Below, one piece after another: positions 13,791-22,299 of a DNA stretch of 33,355 bases; positions within the stretch are counted from its first letter, which is position 1, and each line of letters starts with the position of its first letter. Under the pieces are notes generated by a model. The model worked only from the letters and a program-made list of their open reading frames with translations. It was not told the DNA's origin and did not search any database. Source of the DNA: Candidatus Peregrinibacteria bacterium. Lineage in GTDB: Bacteria; Patescibacteriota; Gracilibacteria; UBA1369; LOWO2-01-FULL-3. The stretch covers positions 1-33,355 of the forward strand of contig JABJOK010000103.1 in NCBI GenBank assembly GCA_018664365.1, given 5' to 3'. The position numbers and the translations under genes were made by a program.

Positions 13791-14948
13791 ATGGCAGGAC
13801 CAGAAAAACCAGATTTTTCAAAACATGAAGGGATTAAGGACATGAAACCTTCAGAGATATTGAAGTATATTTATGAAGCTGGTAAGGAAAAACTAGAAGA
13901 AACAGGCCTCCAGCTTAAAGGCATAGGAGAAATTATTGCTGATCAGCTTAGAACATTTACATACCCCAAAAGGCTCCTTGAAAGAGGCATGAAAACGTAT
14001 AAATCAATTGATGATGCGTTAAAGGAATTGCATTTAGTTACGCCACAGATGGATGAAAAAGGCATTGTTTTGAGGCTACCCGAGTACTATTTTGCAATTG
14101 CTCTTAAAGAGAGTCATTACAATCCCTTTGCAGTATCAAATCTAAAAAGAGGAAAAGATGGAGAAAAGCTTGAGACTGAAAAAGATTTTCAATTAAAGAA
14201 AGAAGGAGAAACAGCTGCAAAATATAAGCAGCGTCTTGAGAGATATGCCATGGGGGCTTTTCAAGTTAAATTAGATGCTCTCAAATCGGTAAATCGGCAC
14301 TTTGGCCTAAATTTTAAAAAAGACGATATCATTTATATCCCGGAAGGATTGACTTTAGAAGAATTGAAATCAGCAGATTTTAGTAAACTTTCTCCTAAAG
14401 AAAGGCAGAAACTCCGCATAACAATGATGAATAATGCAAAGGTAGCAATCCTTTACTGGCACATCTGTAGAGATATTGCTCCAGCAGAAGGCATGGGGAA
14501 ATATGACACAAAAATTGAATTCACTAGCCCTGCAGACCAGGACAAGCTCGCAGCATTTTTATACAATTACGGGACAAGTCGTGGAGGGACTCTTATTGCA
14601 GCAATAAAGCCGGCTCCTAAAACTTACGCCGAATTTGAAGAGGGAGTTGCAAAAATCATGGCAAAACAATCTAAGATAAAACTTCCAGAGGAGCAGTACA
14701 CAAAAGGAAAAAGTTCTTCCAATCAAGTATATTTTTCCACATGGTTCTCTAGGAAAGAGCGCGGACAGCTAAAATCAAAGAGCTATTTGAAAATTGATAG
14801 ATCGCATGTTAAAAACGTAAAACCTCTTCAATCAGCTGAATATTCCCCTTCTGTAGTACTCGCAGGCCTAGACTATTCGGCGATAATTGATTCCATCAGA
14901 AAGGGTAGATATTTTTCAACAGTTAAGCTTACTAGCGTTCCAAAATAA
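13791..14948 (+). CDS. Lytic transglycosylase (SLT-domain)-like protein without a recognisable signal peptide
   Basis: Three SLT-like motifs appear in the correct order: AIALKESHYNPFAVS (catalytic E-S), AMGAFQV (GLMQ-like) and AAFLYNYGTSRG (AYNxG-like). The first two are separated by a charged ~35-aa insertion. The N-terminus is hydrophilic. Confidence 0.4.
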   Translation: MAGPEKPDFSKHEGIKDMKPSEILKYIYEAGKEKLEETGLQLKGIGEIIADQLRTFTYPKRLLERGMKTYKSIDDALKELHLVTPQMDEKGIVLRLPEYYFAIALKESHYNPFAVSNLKRGKDGEKLETEKDFQLKKEGETAAKYKQRLERYAMGAFQVKLDALKSVNRHFGLNFKKDDIIYIPEGLTLEELKSADFSKLSPKERQKLRITMMNNAKVAILYWHICRDIAPAEGMGKYDTKIEFTSPADQDKLAAFLYNYGTSRGGTLIAAIKPAPKTYAEFEEGVAKIMAKQSKIKLPEEQYTKGKSSSNQVYFSTWFSRKERGQLKSKSYLKIDRSHVKNVKPLQSAEYSPSVVLAGLDYSAIIDSIRKGRYFSTVKLTSVPK

Positions 14949-14956
14949 AAAACTTC

Positions 14957-14984
14957 TTGACTTTCCATACTTAACTACTAGAAT
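14957..14984 (+). promoter_or_regulatory. Sigma70-type promoter for rpsP (TTGACT-N16-TAGAAT)
   Basis: The -35 is at 14957-14962 and the -10 at 14979-14984, about 30 nt upstream of the TTG start. Confidence 0.45.
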
Positions 14985-15016
14985 AAAGCGCGCATTTATC
15001 AGATAAGAAATACATC

Positions 15017-15604
15017 TTGTTAAAGATTAGATTAAGCCGAGCAGGAAAAAAAGCTCAACCAAGTTATAAAGTTGTAGTGCAAGAGCACTCACAAGCCGTT
15101 AAAGGTAAGTTTATTGAACAACTTGGGATTTTCAGACCAACTGATGATCCAAAAGTTTTCACTGTAGACGTAGATCGTGTTAAATACTGGATATCTGTCG
15201 GAGCACAGCCTTCAGACAGAGTTGCAGTTCTTCTTAAAAATGAAGGATTAGATGGTATGGAAAAATACATCGGTCCAAGAAACAAGCAGAAAAAGAAAAA
15301 GAAGGAAGAAGAGGAGGCGGCGCCAGCTGCGGAAGCAGCACCTGCTGAAGCTCCAAAGGCTGAAGAAAAAACAGCCGAAGAGCCTAAAGCAGAGGAAAAG
15401 CCTGCTGAAGAACCAAAGGCAGAAGAAGCTCCAGCCGAAGAGCCTAAAGCAGAGGAAAAACCTGCTGAAGAACCAAAGGCAGAAGAAGCTCCAGCCGAAG
15501 AGCCTAAAGCAGAGGAAAAATCTGCTGAAGAACCTAAAGCTGAAGAAAAGCCTGCCGAGGAAGCACCTGCTGAAGAGACTAAAGAAGAGGAAAAGTCAGA
15601 GTAG
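15017..15604 (+). CDS. rpsP: 30S ribosomal protein S16 with a ~105-aa Lys/Glu/Ala/Pro-rich C-terminal repeat extension
   Basis: The start codon is TTG. The N-terminal ~85 aa (MLKIRLSRAGKKAQPSYKVVVQE...YWISVGAQPSDRV) is canonical S16. The tail consists of (AEEPKAEEKPAEEPKAEEAP)n. Confidence 0.9.
   Translation: MLKIRLSRAGKKAQPSYKVVVQEHSQAVKGKFIEQLGIFRPTDDPKVFTVDVDRVKYWISVGAQPSDRVAVLLKNEGLDGMEKYIGPRNKQKKKKKEEEEAAPAAEAAPAEAPKAEEKTAEEPKAEEKPAEEPKAEEAPAEEPKAEEKPAEEPKAEEAPAEEPKAEEKSAEEPKAEEKPAEEAPAEETKEEEKSE
15377..15556 (+). repeat. Three tandem 60-nt coding repeats in the rpsP tail
   Basis: 15377-15436 and 15437-15496 differ at one base. 15497-15556 is a diverged third copy. The flanking sequence is degenerate versions of the same unit. 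Confidence 0.85.
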
Positions 15605-15649
15605 TTACAAAAATCACTCCCTTTTCTATACAAATCTAACCCTACCGTT

Positions 15650-15928
15650 ATGGCAGATGACGCAAATCCAAGCGACGTTAATACAGACGTTGAGTTTGTT
15701 GAGTTCGTCGTAAAATCCATTGTCGACAATCCAGATAAGCTAGAGATCGAAAGAACTGTCGATGAAATGGGAGTTTTGATCACCCTCAAGGTCGAAAAGG
15801 AAGACATGGGAAAGATAATCGGTAAAAACGGGCAGACTGCAAAGTCAATCCGCACATTACTTCGCATTATCGGTTCAAAACACAACGCACGTGTCAACTT
15901 AAAGATTGTTGAACCTGAAGAAGAGTAG
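15650..15928 (+). CDS. KH-domain RNA-binding protein (YlqC/UPF0109 family)
   Basis: The sequence contains the GxxG KH motif (MGKIIGKNGQTAKSIRTLL). It sits immediately after rpsP, which is the conserved position for this family. Confidence 0.8.
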   Translation: MADDANPSDVNTDVEFVEFVVKSIVDNPDKLEIERTVDEMGVLITLKVEKEDMGKIIGKNGQTAKSIRTLLRIIGSKHNARVNLKIVEPEEE

Positions 15929-15974
15929 TTGTAAACTACTCATTGAATCAACTTAAGAAACTAACCCAATTCCT

Positions 15975-16349
15975 ATGGCTAGTCAGGTAACTAGTGGTAC
16001 TAAAACAATCACTGAGGCTATTGAGAATTACGAGATACTGGAAATTATAAATAGAGGAATGGCCTATGCCATCATTATTGCTGGATTTTTGTCAGTCGTT
16101 TTCATTTTCGTAGGTGGTATTTCCTTCATCCTTTCAGGAGGACAGGAAGAGAAAATTAAATCCGCAGTTAGTACAATTCGATATTCAATCATTGGTCTTA
16201 TCATAACAATTCTTGCAGTAGTAATTGTTGGAACAGTAGGTAAAGCAATGGGATTGGACATCATCAAATACATCAACTTTGGAGATATTATAGATACCAT
16301 TACAAGTATCACTGCAGACGGAAGCAGCGGACCTCGAAGTCTAGATTGA
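15975..16349 (+). CDS. Small two-TM membrane protein, TrbC/VirB2-like (T4SS-pilin-like)
   Basis: TM1 is AYAIIIAGFLSVVFIFVGGISFIL, the short loop is SGGQEEKIKSAVSTIRY, and TM2 is SIIGLIITILAVVIVGTVG. This is the pattern I know from VirB2-like mini-pilins that are common in CPR genomes. The call is based on pattern only. Confidence 0.4.
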   Translation: MASQVTSGTKTITEAIENYEILEIINRGMAYAIIIAGFLSVVFIFVGGISFILSGGQEEKIKSAVSTIRYSIIGLIITILAVVIVGTVGKAMGLDIIKYINFGDIIDTITSITADGSSGPRSLD

Positions 16350-16417
16350 TATGCTAAGCAGGAGCACTTATAAAACACGACAATACCGAAACAAGGGATT
16401 ATCCTAGTTCCACGTTA

Positions 16418-16957
16418 TTAGTTCTTCGCAACAGAATTCACCCCTTCTCTTACAATATGTTTCCAGTCGTAAGGGAATTTGAAGGTTTCTCGAGCCCTTA
16501 CAAGAGCGGCAAATAAATGCCAGGGGTCATTTTTTTCATATATAAATCCATTTCCAGTCTCTTCATTTGGATTATAGTTTTCAACTTCATCGCGATCTAT
16601 GCTTACAGGAATAACTCCATTTATTAACATCTCTTGAACGTCATTAAAAGGGAACGCCAATGCCATGTCAGCAGCCTCAAGAAGTATTTTTCTATTTTGC
16701 CTATTGTATGAAAGTGTTGTTACGCGAGGATTTTTAGCAAATTTAATGGTTTTATCAGCCAGCACAATCACCTCCATGTTAAGAGCAGGTGCGCCTTTCA
16801 AGAATGCAGTGATTAACTCTTTATGCTGTTTTGTAAGATCTTTATCCAAAACAATTGCCAAAAGCGGAGTTTTTTTGGTCAGGTGTAAATCTTTTACAAG
16901 AGCCTTCTTAGTCTCCTTTTTCTGTTTCAGAAGCGAATTAACTGTCGTTTCTTCCAT
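16418..16957 (-). CDS. Glycogen/starch-synthase-like GT-B C-terminal half-domain protein (short, probably degenerate)
   Basis: The 179-aa protein contains ILLEAADMALAFPFNDVQEMLINGVIPVS...ETGNGFIYEKNDPWHLFAALVRARETF. This parallels the GlgA C-terminal region (ADV.LVPSRFEPCGL.Q....G..P......GL.DTV......GF.F). The FEPCGL-type acidic motif is not conserved. Confidence 0.3.
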   Translation of the reverse strand: MEETTVNSLLKQKKETKKALVKDLHLTKKTPLLAIVLDKDLTKQHKELITAFLKGAPALNMEVIVLADKTIKFAKNPRVTTLSYNRQNRKILLEAADMALAFPFNDVQEMLINGVIPVSIDRDEVENYNPNEETGNGFIYEKNDPWHLFAALVRARETFKFPYDWKHIVREGVNSVAKN

Positions 16958-17069
16958 TTCTTTTCTTTATTTTTATTTTTGGATATCTCCAAATTATACC
17001 TTAAAAAAGACCAAAAGTCGAGGAGCATACTCTTGACGCCACCCTCAAGTATTTTATATCTTATCCGTT

Positions 17070-17993
17070 GTGAAAAAGTTAATTTTAATCGACGGAAATG
17101 CAGTGATCCACAGGGCCTTCCATGGACTGCCTCCCACCTTTAGAACGCCTGAAGGAGAATTGGTGAATGCAGTTTATGGCTTTTCTTCAATACTTTTAAA
17201 TATTCTAAACGTAGAAAAACCAGAATATATTGCCGTCTCATTTGATTTAGCCAAGAAGACTTTTCGTCACGAAGAGTACAAAGAGTACAAAGCTACCAGG
17301 AAAAAGGCTCCAGACGAACTGTATGCCCAATTTGCACGTGTTAAGGAGGTAGTTAAAGCATTTCAAATTCCAATCTATGAGATAGAAGGGTTCGAAGCAG
17401 ACGATGTGCTTGGAACTCTGGCAAAGCAAGCAGAGAAAAAAGAGGACATAATGACATACATATTTACTGGAGACATGGACATTCTCCAGCTTGTAACGGA
17501 ACGAACAAATGCAATGACTCCTACGAAAGGACTTCAGCCTCCGAAGGTATACACCCCTGAAGAAGTGGTAAAAAAATGGGGATTAAAACCCAGTCAGGTA
17601 GTGGATATGAAGGGACTCCAGGGAGACAGCTCAGACAATATAAAAGGAGTTCCAGGAATTGGGCCCAAGACCGCACAGACCTTGCTTCAGAAATATGGTG
17701 ATTTAGAAGGAATTTACAAACATTTAGATAAGATTAATGGATCCGTTCACGACAAACTTGAAAAAGATAAAGAGAGTGCCTTCTTCAGCCGCAGGCTTGC
17801 AACTATAGTTACAGACGTACCAATGACCCTTGATCTAGAGGAGTGTAAAACGCATGAATACGACCAGGACAAAATAGCAGAACTTTTTCTGAGCCTTAAT
17901 TTTAAGAGCCTTCTAGGGCGTCTAACTGCTTTTAATAACCACTCAGATACTCAAAAAATTGAAGACAGTCCTACCCAGCAATCCCTCTTCTAG
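17070..17993 (+). CDS. Stand-alone 5'-3' exonuclease / flap endonuclease (Pol I N-terminal domain homologue)
   Basis: The start codon is GTG. The protein carries the motifs LIDGNAVIHRAFH, GFEADDVLGTLAK, GDMDILQLV and GDSSDNIKGVPGIGPKTA (H3TH). No polymerase domain follows. Confidence 0.9.
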   Translation: MKKLILIDGNAVIHRAFHGLPPTFRTPEGELVNAVYGFSSILLNILNVEKPEYIAVSFDLAKKTFRHEEYKEYKATRKKAPDELYAQFARVKEVVKAFQIPIYEIEGFEADDVLGTLAKQAEKKEDIMTYIFTGDMDILQLVTERTNAMTPTKGLQPPKVYTPEEVVKKWGLKPSQVVDMKGLQGDSSDNIKGVPGIGPKTAQTLLQKYGDLEGIYKHLDKINGSVHDKLEKDKESAFFSRRLATIVTDVPMTLDLEECKTHEYDQDKIAELFLSLNFKSLLGRLTAFNNHSDTQKIEDSPTQQSLF

Positions 17994-18010
17994 TCACCGT
18001 GGTCGGGCTA

Positions 18011-18038
18011 TTGACAAAGGGGAAAAAGGTGTTAGAAT
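18011..18038 (+). promoter_or_regulatory. Near-consensus sigma70 promoter with extended -10 (TTGACA-N16-TGtTAGAAT)
   Basis: The -35 TTGACA is at 18011-18016. TG is at 18030-18031 and the -10 TAGAAT at 18033-18038. The promoter lies ~30 nt upstream of the 18069 ATG. Confidence 0.5.
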
Positions 18039-18068
18039 GGGGGTCTGTAAAATTTAATTTTAATTAAC

Positions 18069-18515
18069 ATGAGTACTGATAAAGGCCCAGGTCTAGGTCC
18101 AGTTGTTGGAACAGATATTCCAGTTCAGATCGAAGAAGTAGTCACGCAAGATGTTGCAATAAACACTGTAGAGGGATTTAAGGATGCTCTTTTAGCTGCA
18201 CTACCTGAGGGGGTGCCAGTTAATAGAAGAGCCTTAAGAGTACTTGGTCAGATGCAAAAAGATAGTTCAGAAATGCAAAGATGGTTGCAAGAAGCACCTC
18301 TTGATCAAATTCAATCGCGTATTCGTAATTTGAGTTTGCACGCTCAATCAGAGGCTGATGGAGGGGTCGAAATTGAGTACGATTTTATAACTACTGGTGA
18401 GAAGCCTACTCCTCGCCACCCAGGAGCGGATGATCAATTTATGGGCAATCCTGGTTGGGGCGCAAGCACATACCAAGACCAAATGCATACAGGAAGAAAT
18501 CCAGAACAAGAGTAG
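18069..18515 (+). CDS. Hypothetical 148-aa soluble protein (no family recognised)
   Basis: The ORF is bracketed by a near-consensus promoter and a 9-bp hairpin. It has no TM segment or signal peptide. Its composition differs slightly from the neighbours (more G/C). Confidence 0.55.
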   Translation: MSTDKGPGLGPVVGTDIPVQIEEVVTQDVAINTVEGFKDALLAALPEGVPVNRRALRVLGQMQKDSSEMQRWLQEAPLDQIQSRIRNLSLHAQSEADGGVEIEYDFITTGEKPTPRHPGADDQFMGNPGWGASTYQDQMHTGRNPEQE

Positions 18516-18544
18516 GTAACTGAATTTCATCATTTGAAATAAGC

Positions 18545-18570
18545 AAGGCCCCTTTATAACTAGGGGCCTT
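18545..18570 (+). terminator. Hairpin terminator after the 148-aa ORF
   Basis: AAGGCCCCT-ttataact-AGGGGCCTT forms a perfect 9-bp stem 30 nt after the stop. The U-tract is weak (uu within the stem, then u). Confidence 0.45.
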
Positions 18571-18694
18571 TGACCGAATAAGTTTTTTGTACAGACTCTT
18601 GAAAAATGCAAAGATTTTACCCAAATAAGATTGTAACTATTTTGCATTTTTAGTAATATCAAACACGCACTAGTGGGCTTTTAAAATTTTATTT

Positions 18695-19936
18695 ATGGCA
18701 AGACCAAAAATCGTTGCTAGTCTTGATATCGGAAGTTCTAAAATCAGGACAGTAGTTGGAGTACAAGAAGACGGAAATCCAGTTCCAAATATTATAGGAG
18801 TAGGTATTGCTCCATCGACAGGACTTAGAAAAGGAGCAGTAATTGATGTTGAAGAGACAATCAATAGCGTTTCAGCTTCCTTAGAAGACGCAGAGAGAAT
18901 GGCAGGAGAACCAATTAATCACGTATTCCTAGGAATAGGTGGTAACCATATTGAATCAATAAATTCAAAGGGAGTAATAGCTATTGGTCAGGAGCACGCA
19001 GAGATAAATGAAGAGGACGTAGACCGTGTTATTGAAGCCGCTCAGGCAGTTACTATTCCATCAAACCGTAGAATACTTCGCATAATTCCAAAAACTTTTG
19101 CTGTTGATGAACAAAAAGGAATTAAGTATCCAGTTGGAATGAGCGGAATTAGACTAGAGGTAGAAACACATATTGTTACTGGATTCGATCCAATTATTAA
19201 AAATATTGAAAAATGCGTTCTGCAGTCAGGAGTAGATATTGATGATATCATTCCAGCAAGTTTGGCTCCTGCAGAAGCCGTCATTTCAAAGAGACAGAAA
19301 GAATTAGGAGTAGTAGTAGTTGATATTGGTTGCGGATCAACGTCTGTGAGTGTATTTGAAGATGGTTCAACACTTCATACCGCAGTTGTCCCAGTGGGAG
19401 GTGAAAATGTGACAAATGACATCGCAATCGGATTAAAGACATCCATTGATACTGCTGAAAAGATAAAGATTGAATACGGTTCTACAATTCCGGAAGACGT
19501 AAACGACAGAGAAACTATAGACCTTTCGCACATCAGTAAGATAGACACGCACGTTGTTTCAAAGAAGCAGGTAGTCGAGATCATTCAAGCAAGATATCAC
19601 GAGATCTTACTACTTGTGAAAGATGAGCTCGCAAAGATACACAGAGACGGAATGTTACCAGCTGGAGTGATCCTTACAGGAGCAGGGGCAAAGATTCCTG
19701 GAGTGATCGATCTAGCAAGAGAAACTCTGAATTTACCAGCACAGATAGGATTCCCACAGAACTATGATGGTGTAGTAGACAAGATCGATGATCCTGCCTA
19801 CGCAACTGCTATTGGACTTCTCGTATGGGGATCAAGGTTCGAAGGTCGCTATCACGGCGGAATAGGTTTAAAGGGCATCAACATAAGGAAAGGACTCAGC
19901 AATGTAAAGGGATGGTTCAAGAACTTGCTTCCCTAG
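18695..19936 (+). CDS. ftsA: Cell division protein FtsA
   Basis: The protein has an actin-fold phosphate-1 motif (VASLDIGSSKIRTVVG), plus VVVDIGCGSTSVSVF and GVILTGAGAKIPG. It lies directly upstream of ftsZ. Confidence 0.9.
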   Translation: MARPKIVASLDIGSSKIRTVVGVQEDGNPVPNIIGVGIAPSTGLRKGAVIDVEETINSVSASLEDAERMAGEPINHVFLGIGGNHIESINSKGVIAIGQEHAEINEEDVDRVIEAAQAVTIPSNRRILRIIPKTFAVDEQKGIKYPVGMSGIRLEVETHIVTGFDPIIKNIEKCVLQSGVDIDDIIPASLAPAEAVISKRQKELGVVVVDIGCGSTSVSVFEDGSTLHTAVVPVGGENVTNDIAIGLKTSIDTAEKIKIEYGSTIPEDVNDRETIDLSHISKIDTHVVSKKQVVEIIQARYHEILLLVKDELAKIHRDGMLPAGVILTGAGAKIPGVIDLARETLNLPAQIGFPQNYDGVVDKIDDPAYATAIGLLVWGSRFEGRYHGGIGLKGINIRKGLSNVKGWFKNLLP

Positions 19937-19999
19937 ACTTCACCTTGACAATATGTCAAGGGCGCGGTAATAATTTAGGTCCTTATAATAATAAGTATT

Positions 20000-21175
20000 A
20001 TGGCTACAGAAGATAACCAACCAGATCTTAAAAATCTGTTCTCATCTCAACGTGAGGCAACAGATAAAGTTAAACCAAAACCAAAAACAATGGAGGTTAC
20101 TCCAGAAATAACTCCCGTAGCTAGCATCAAAGTAATTGGTGTAGGAGGAGGAGGAGGAAATGCAGTAAATAGAATGATCAAGGCCGGACTAAAAGGTATC
20201 GATTTCATTTCGGTGAATACAGATGCACAGGCTCTTTATCATTCAGAAGCTGGTACCAAAATAAATATTGGTAAAGCTACTACTCGTGGACTTGGAGCAG
20301 GAAGTAATCCTGATCTAGGACGCCAAGCAGCTGAAGAAAGTATTGAAGAAATCAAGGATTCAATTGATGGAGCAGACATGATTTTCATCACTTGCGGACT
20401 TGGTGGAGGTACTGGAACAGGAGGAGGTCCTGTTATTGCTGAGGCAGCACGTGAGCTAGGTATTCTTACAGTAGCTGTAGTTACAAGACCATTCTCATTT
20501 GAGGGACAAAGAAGAAAAACTCAAGCGGATGAAGGTCTTGAAAATTTGAGAAACAAGGTTGATACATTAATTACAATTCCAAACGACAAAATCCTTTCAA
20601 TCATTGATAAGAAGACACCTCTTAACGATGCATTCGCAGTAGTGGATGACGTTCTAAGACAAGGTGTTCAAGGTATTGCTGATCTAATCACAGTACACGG
20701 AATGATCAATGTGGATTTCGCAGACGTAAAGACTGTTATGGAGAATGCAGGTTCAGCACTTATGGGTATCGGATACGGTACTGGAGAATCTCGTGCTGGA
20801 GAAGCTGCAAAAGCTGCCATCGAAAGTCCACTACTTGAACTTTCAATTGATGGAGCTAAAGGTGTTCTATTCAATGTTACTGGAGGAAACGACCTTAGTA
20901 TGTTCGAGGTTGATGAAGCAGCTAGAGTTATTACGGAAGCTGCAGATCCAGAAGCAAATATTATATTTGGTGCAGTAATCAACGATTCATATACCGGAGA
21001 AGTCAAAATCACAGTTGTAGCCACTGGATTTGACTACAAGCAGAACGACGGATCAATTCTAAGACCACGACAAACATTCGCACCAAAATCAACTACTGCA
21101 TCTGACGAAATGCCAATCAAGCAAACAGATAACGAGCTTGATATTCCAGCATTCATTCGTCAAAAGATGAACTAA
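20000..21175 (+). CDS. ftsZ: Cell division GTPase FtsZ
   Basis: The protein has [13 protein letters not shown], the tubulin signature [15 protein letters not shown], and the C-terminal FtsA-binding peptide [10 protein letters not shown] ~40-aa N-terminal extension is implied if the 20000 ATG is used. An alternative start is M31 at 20090. Confidence 0.95.
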   Translation: MATEDNQPDLKNLFSSQREATDKVKPKPKTMEVTPEITPVASIKVIGVGGGGGNAVNRMIKAGLKGIDFISVNTDAQALYHSEAGTKINIGKATTRGLGAGSNPDLGRQAAEESIEEIKDSIDGADMIFITCGLGGGTGTGGGPVIAEAARELGILTVAVVTRPFSFEGQRRKTQADEGLENLRNKVDTLITIPNDKILSIIDKKTPLNDAFAVVDDVLRQGVQGIADLITVHGMINVDFADVKTVMENAGSALMGIGYGTGESRAGEAAKAAIESPLLELSIDGAKGVLFNVTGGNDLSMFEVDEAARVITEAADPEANIIFGAVINDSYTGEVKITVVATGFDYKQNDGSILRPRQTFAPKSTTASDEMPIKQTDNELDIPAFIRQKMN

Positions 21176-21211
21176 CATAGTTTTAAAAGATTTCTCGAGA
21201 GAGTTTAAAAG

Positions 21212-21239
21212 GTCGCCCTACACGGGGTGGCTTTTTTTT
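21212..21239 (+). terminator. Rho-independent terminator after ftsZ
   Basis: GUCGCCC/GGGUGGC forms a 7-bp stem (two G-U pairs) with a 6-nt loop. A run of 8 U follows at 21232-21239. Confidence 0.6.
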
Positions 21240-21264
21240 ATCAAAAAAGGTACCATTGTCGCGT

Positions 21265-22299
21265 ATGAAAGCCAAAATATTAGAAAAAAATCAGGAGGAA
21301 CTTTGGGATAAATTTGTGAAGGAGCATCCCCTTGGAACCATTCACCAAACAACTGCCTGGGGTAAATTCCAAACTCGAATAAAATCCCGTAACAAAAAAT
21401 GGATAATTGGTCTTTTTGAAGGTGAAAAACTTATTGGTGGAACAATGATGGTGCGCCACAGCCTACCAAAGGGGTATTGTTTTTTATATTGCGCTCGTGG
21501 TCCACTTTTGGACTTTAATCCAGACACAATAGAGGAGCAAATGTCAGCCATTAGAAAAGAGGCAGGATCAATTGCAAAAGAAGAGAATGCTATCTTTTTA
21601 AGAGTAGACCCCTCACTCAAAAGGATGAAAAAACTCAAGAGGTTTCACATTTCACATAGTGGATTTCAACCTGAGCACACACTTTTGCTAGATCTAAAGC
21701 TTTCAGAAGAGTCTTTGCTTGAACAGATGAAACAAAAGGGGCGTTACAATATTCGTTTGGCAAAGAAAAAAGGAGTAAAGATACATCTGTGTAATCCAAG
21801 AAATCCAGAAGAGTTCGAGAGAGATATAGATGCCTATTATAAAATGCTAAAAGAAACTACTCAAAGGGATGGATTCTCAGCTCACAATAAAGATGTTTAC
21901 AGGAATATGGTGGAAGTTTTGACAGGGCATAACTTTGTTAAATTCTATATCGCCGAATACGAAGGGAAGATATTGGCAGCGACTATTGTGACTTATTTCA
22001 AAGATACAGCCACTTATTACTATGGTGTTTCAAGTAATCACTGCAGAAATCTTATGGCGCCGTACCTTCTTCAATGGGAAGCAATTAAAGAAGCAAAAAA
22101 GCATGAAATGAAAACCTATGATTTTCTTGGAATATCTCCACCACATGCAAAAGACCACTCATGGAAAGGAGTAACAGAGTTTAAAAGAAAATTTGGAGGC
22201 AAAGAAGTTTCTTACACTCCCCCACAAGAATATGCCTATAAACCATTTATTTATTGGCTATACCGAATATACAAGTGGCAACAAAAACTGCGCTCTTAG
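21265..22299 (+). CDS. FemAB-family peptidoglycan peptide-bridge aminoacyltransferase
   Basis: FemAB-like strings are spread over the full length: HQTTAWGKFQ, YCARGPL, GRYNIRLAKKKGV, FYIAEYEGKILAATIV, YYYGVSSN and LMAPYLLQWEAIKEAK. The track ORF starts at TTG 21256. The first ATG is 21265. Confidence 0.75.
   Translation: MKAKILEKNQEELWDKFVKEHPLGTIHQTTAWGKFQTRIKSRNKKWIIGLFEGEKLIGGTMMVRHSLPKGYCFLYCARGPLLDFNPDTIEEQMSAIRKEAGSIAKEENAIFLRVDPSLKRMKKLKRFHISHSGFQPEHTLLLDLKLSEESLLEQMKQKGRYNIRLAKKKGVKIHLCNPRNPEEFERDIDAYYKMLKETTQRDGFSAHNKDVYRNMVEVLTGHNFVKFYIAEYEGKILAATIVTYFKDTATYYYGVSSNHCRNLMAPYLLQWEAIKEAKKHEMKTYDFLGISPPHAKDHSWKGVTEFKRKFGGKEVSYTPPQEYAYKPFIYWLYRIYKWQQKLRS

Noticed and set aside
15377-15556. 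The 60-nt tandem repeats as a possible CRISPR array or minisatellite regulatory element
   Set aside because: The repeats are directly adjacent with no spacers. They are in frame and encode the S16 C-terminal tail.
15064-15897. The 277-aa minus-strand ORF and the 153-aa plus-strand ORF (15252-15713) over the rpsP tail and KH gene
   Set aside because: These are shadow frames of the Glu/Lys/Ala/Pro repeat (GAA/GCN-rich) region. They overlap two well-supported conserved genes and translate to Ser/Ala or Lys/Arg low complexity.
22296-22299. Convergent overlap of the FemAB-family stop (TAG 22297-22299) and the def stop (TAA, plus-strand tta 22296-22298)
   Set aside because: The overlap is real but trivial and is a consequence of genome compaction. 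No additional element can be inferred.
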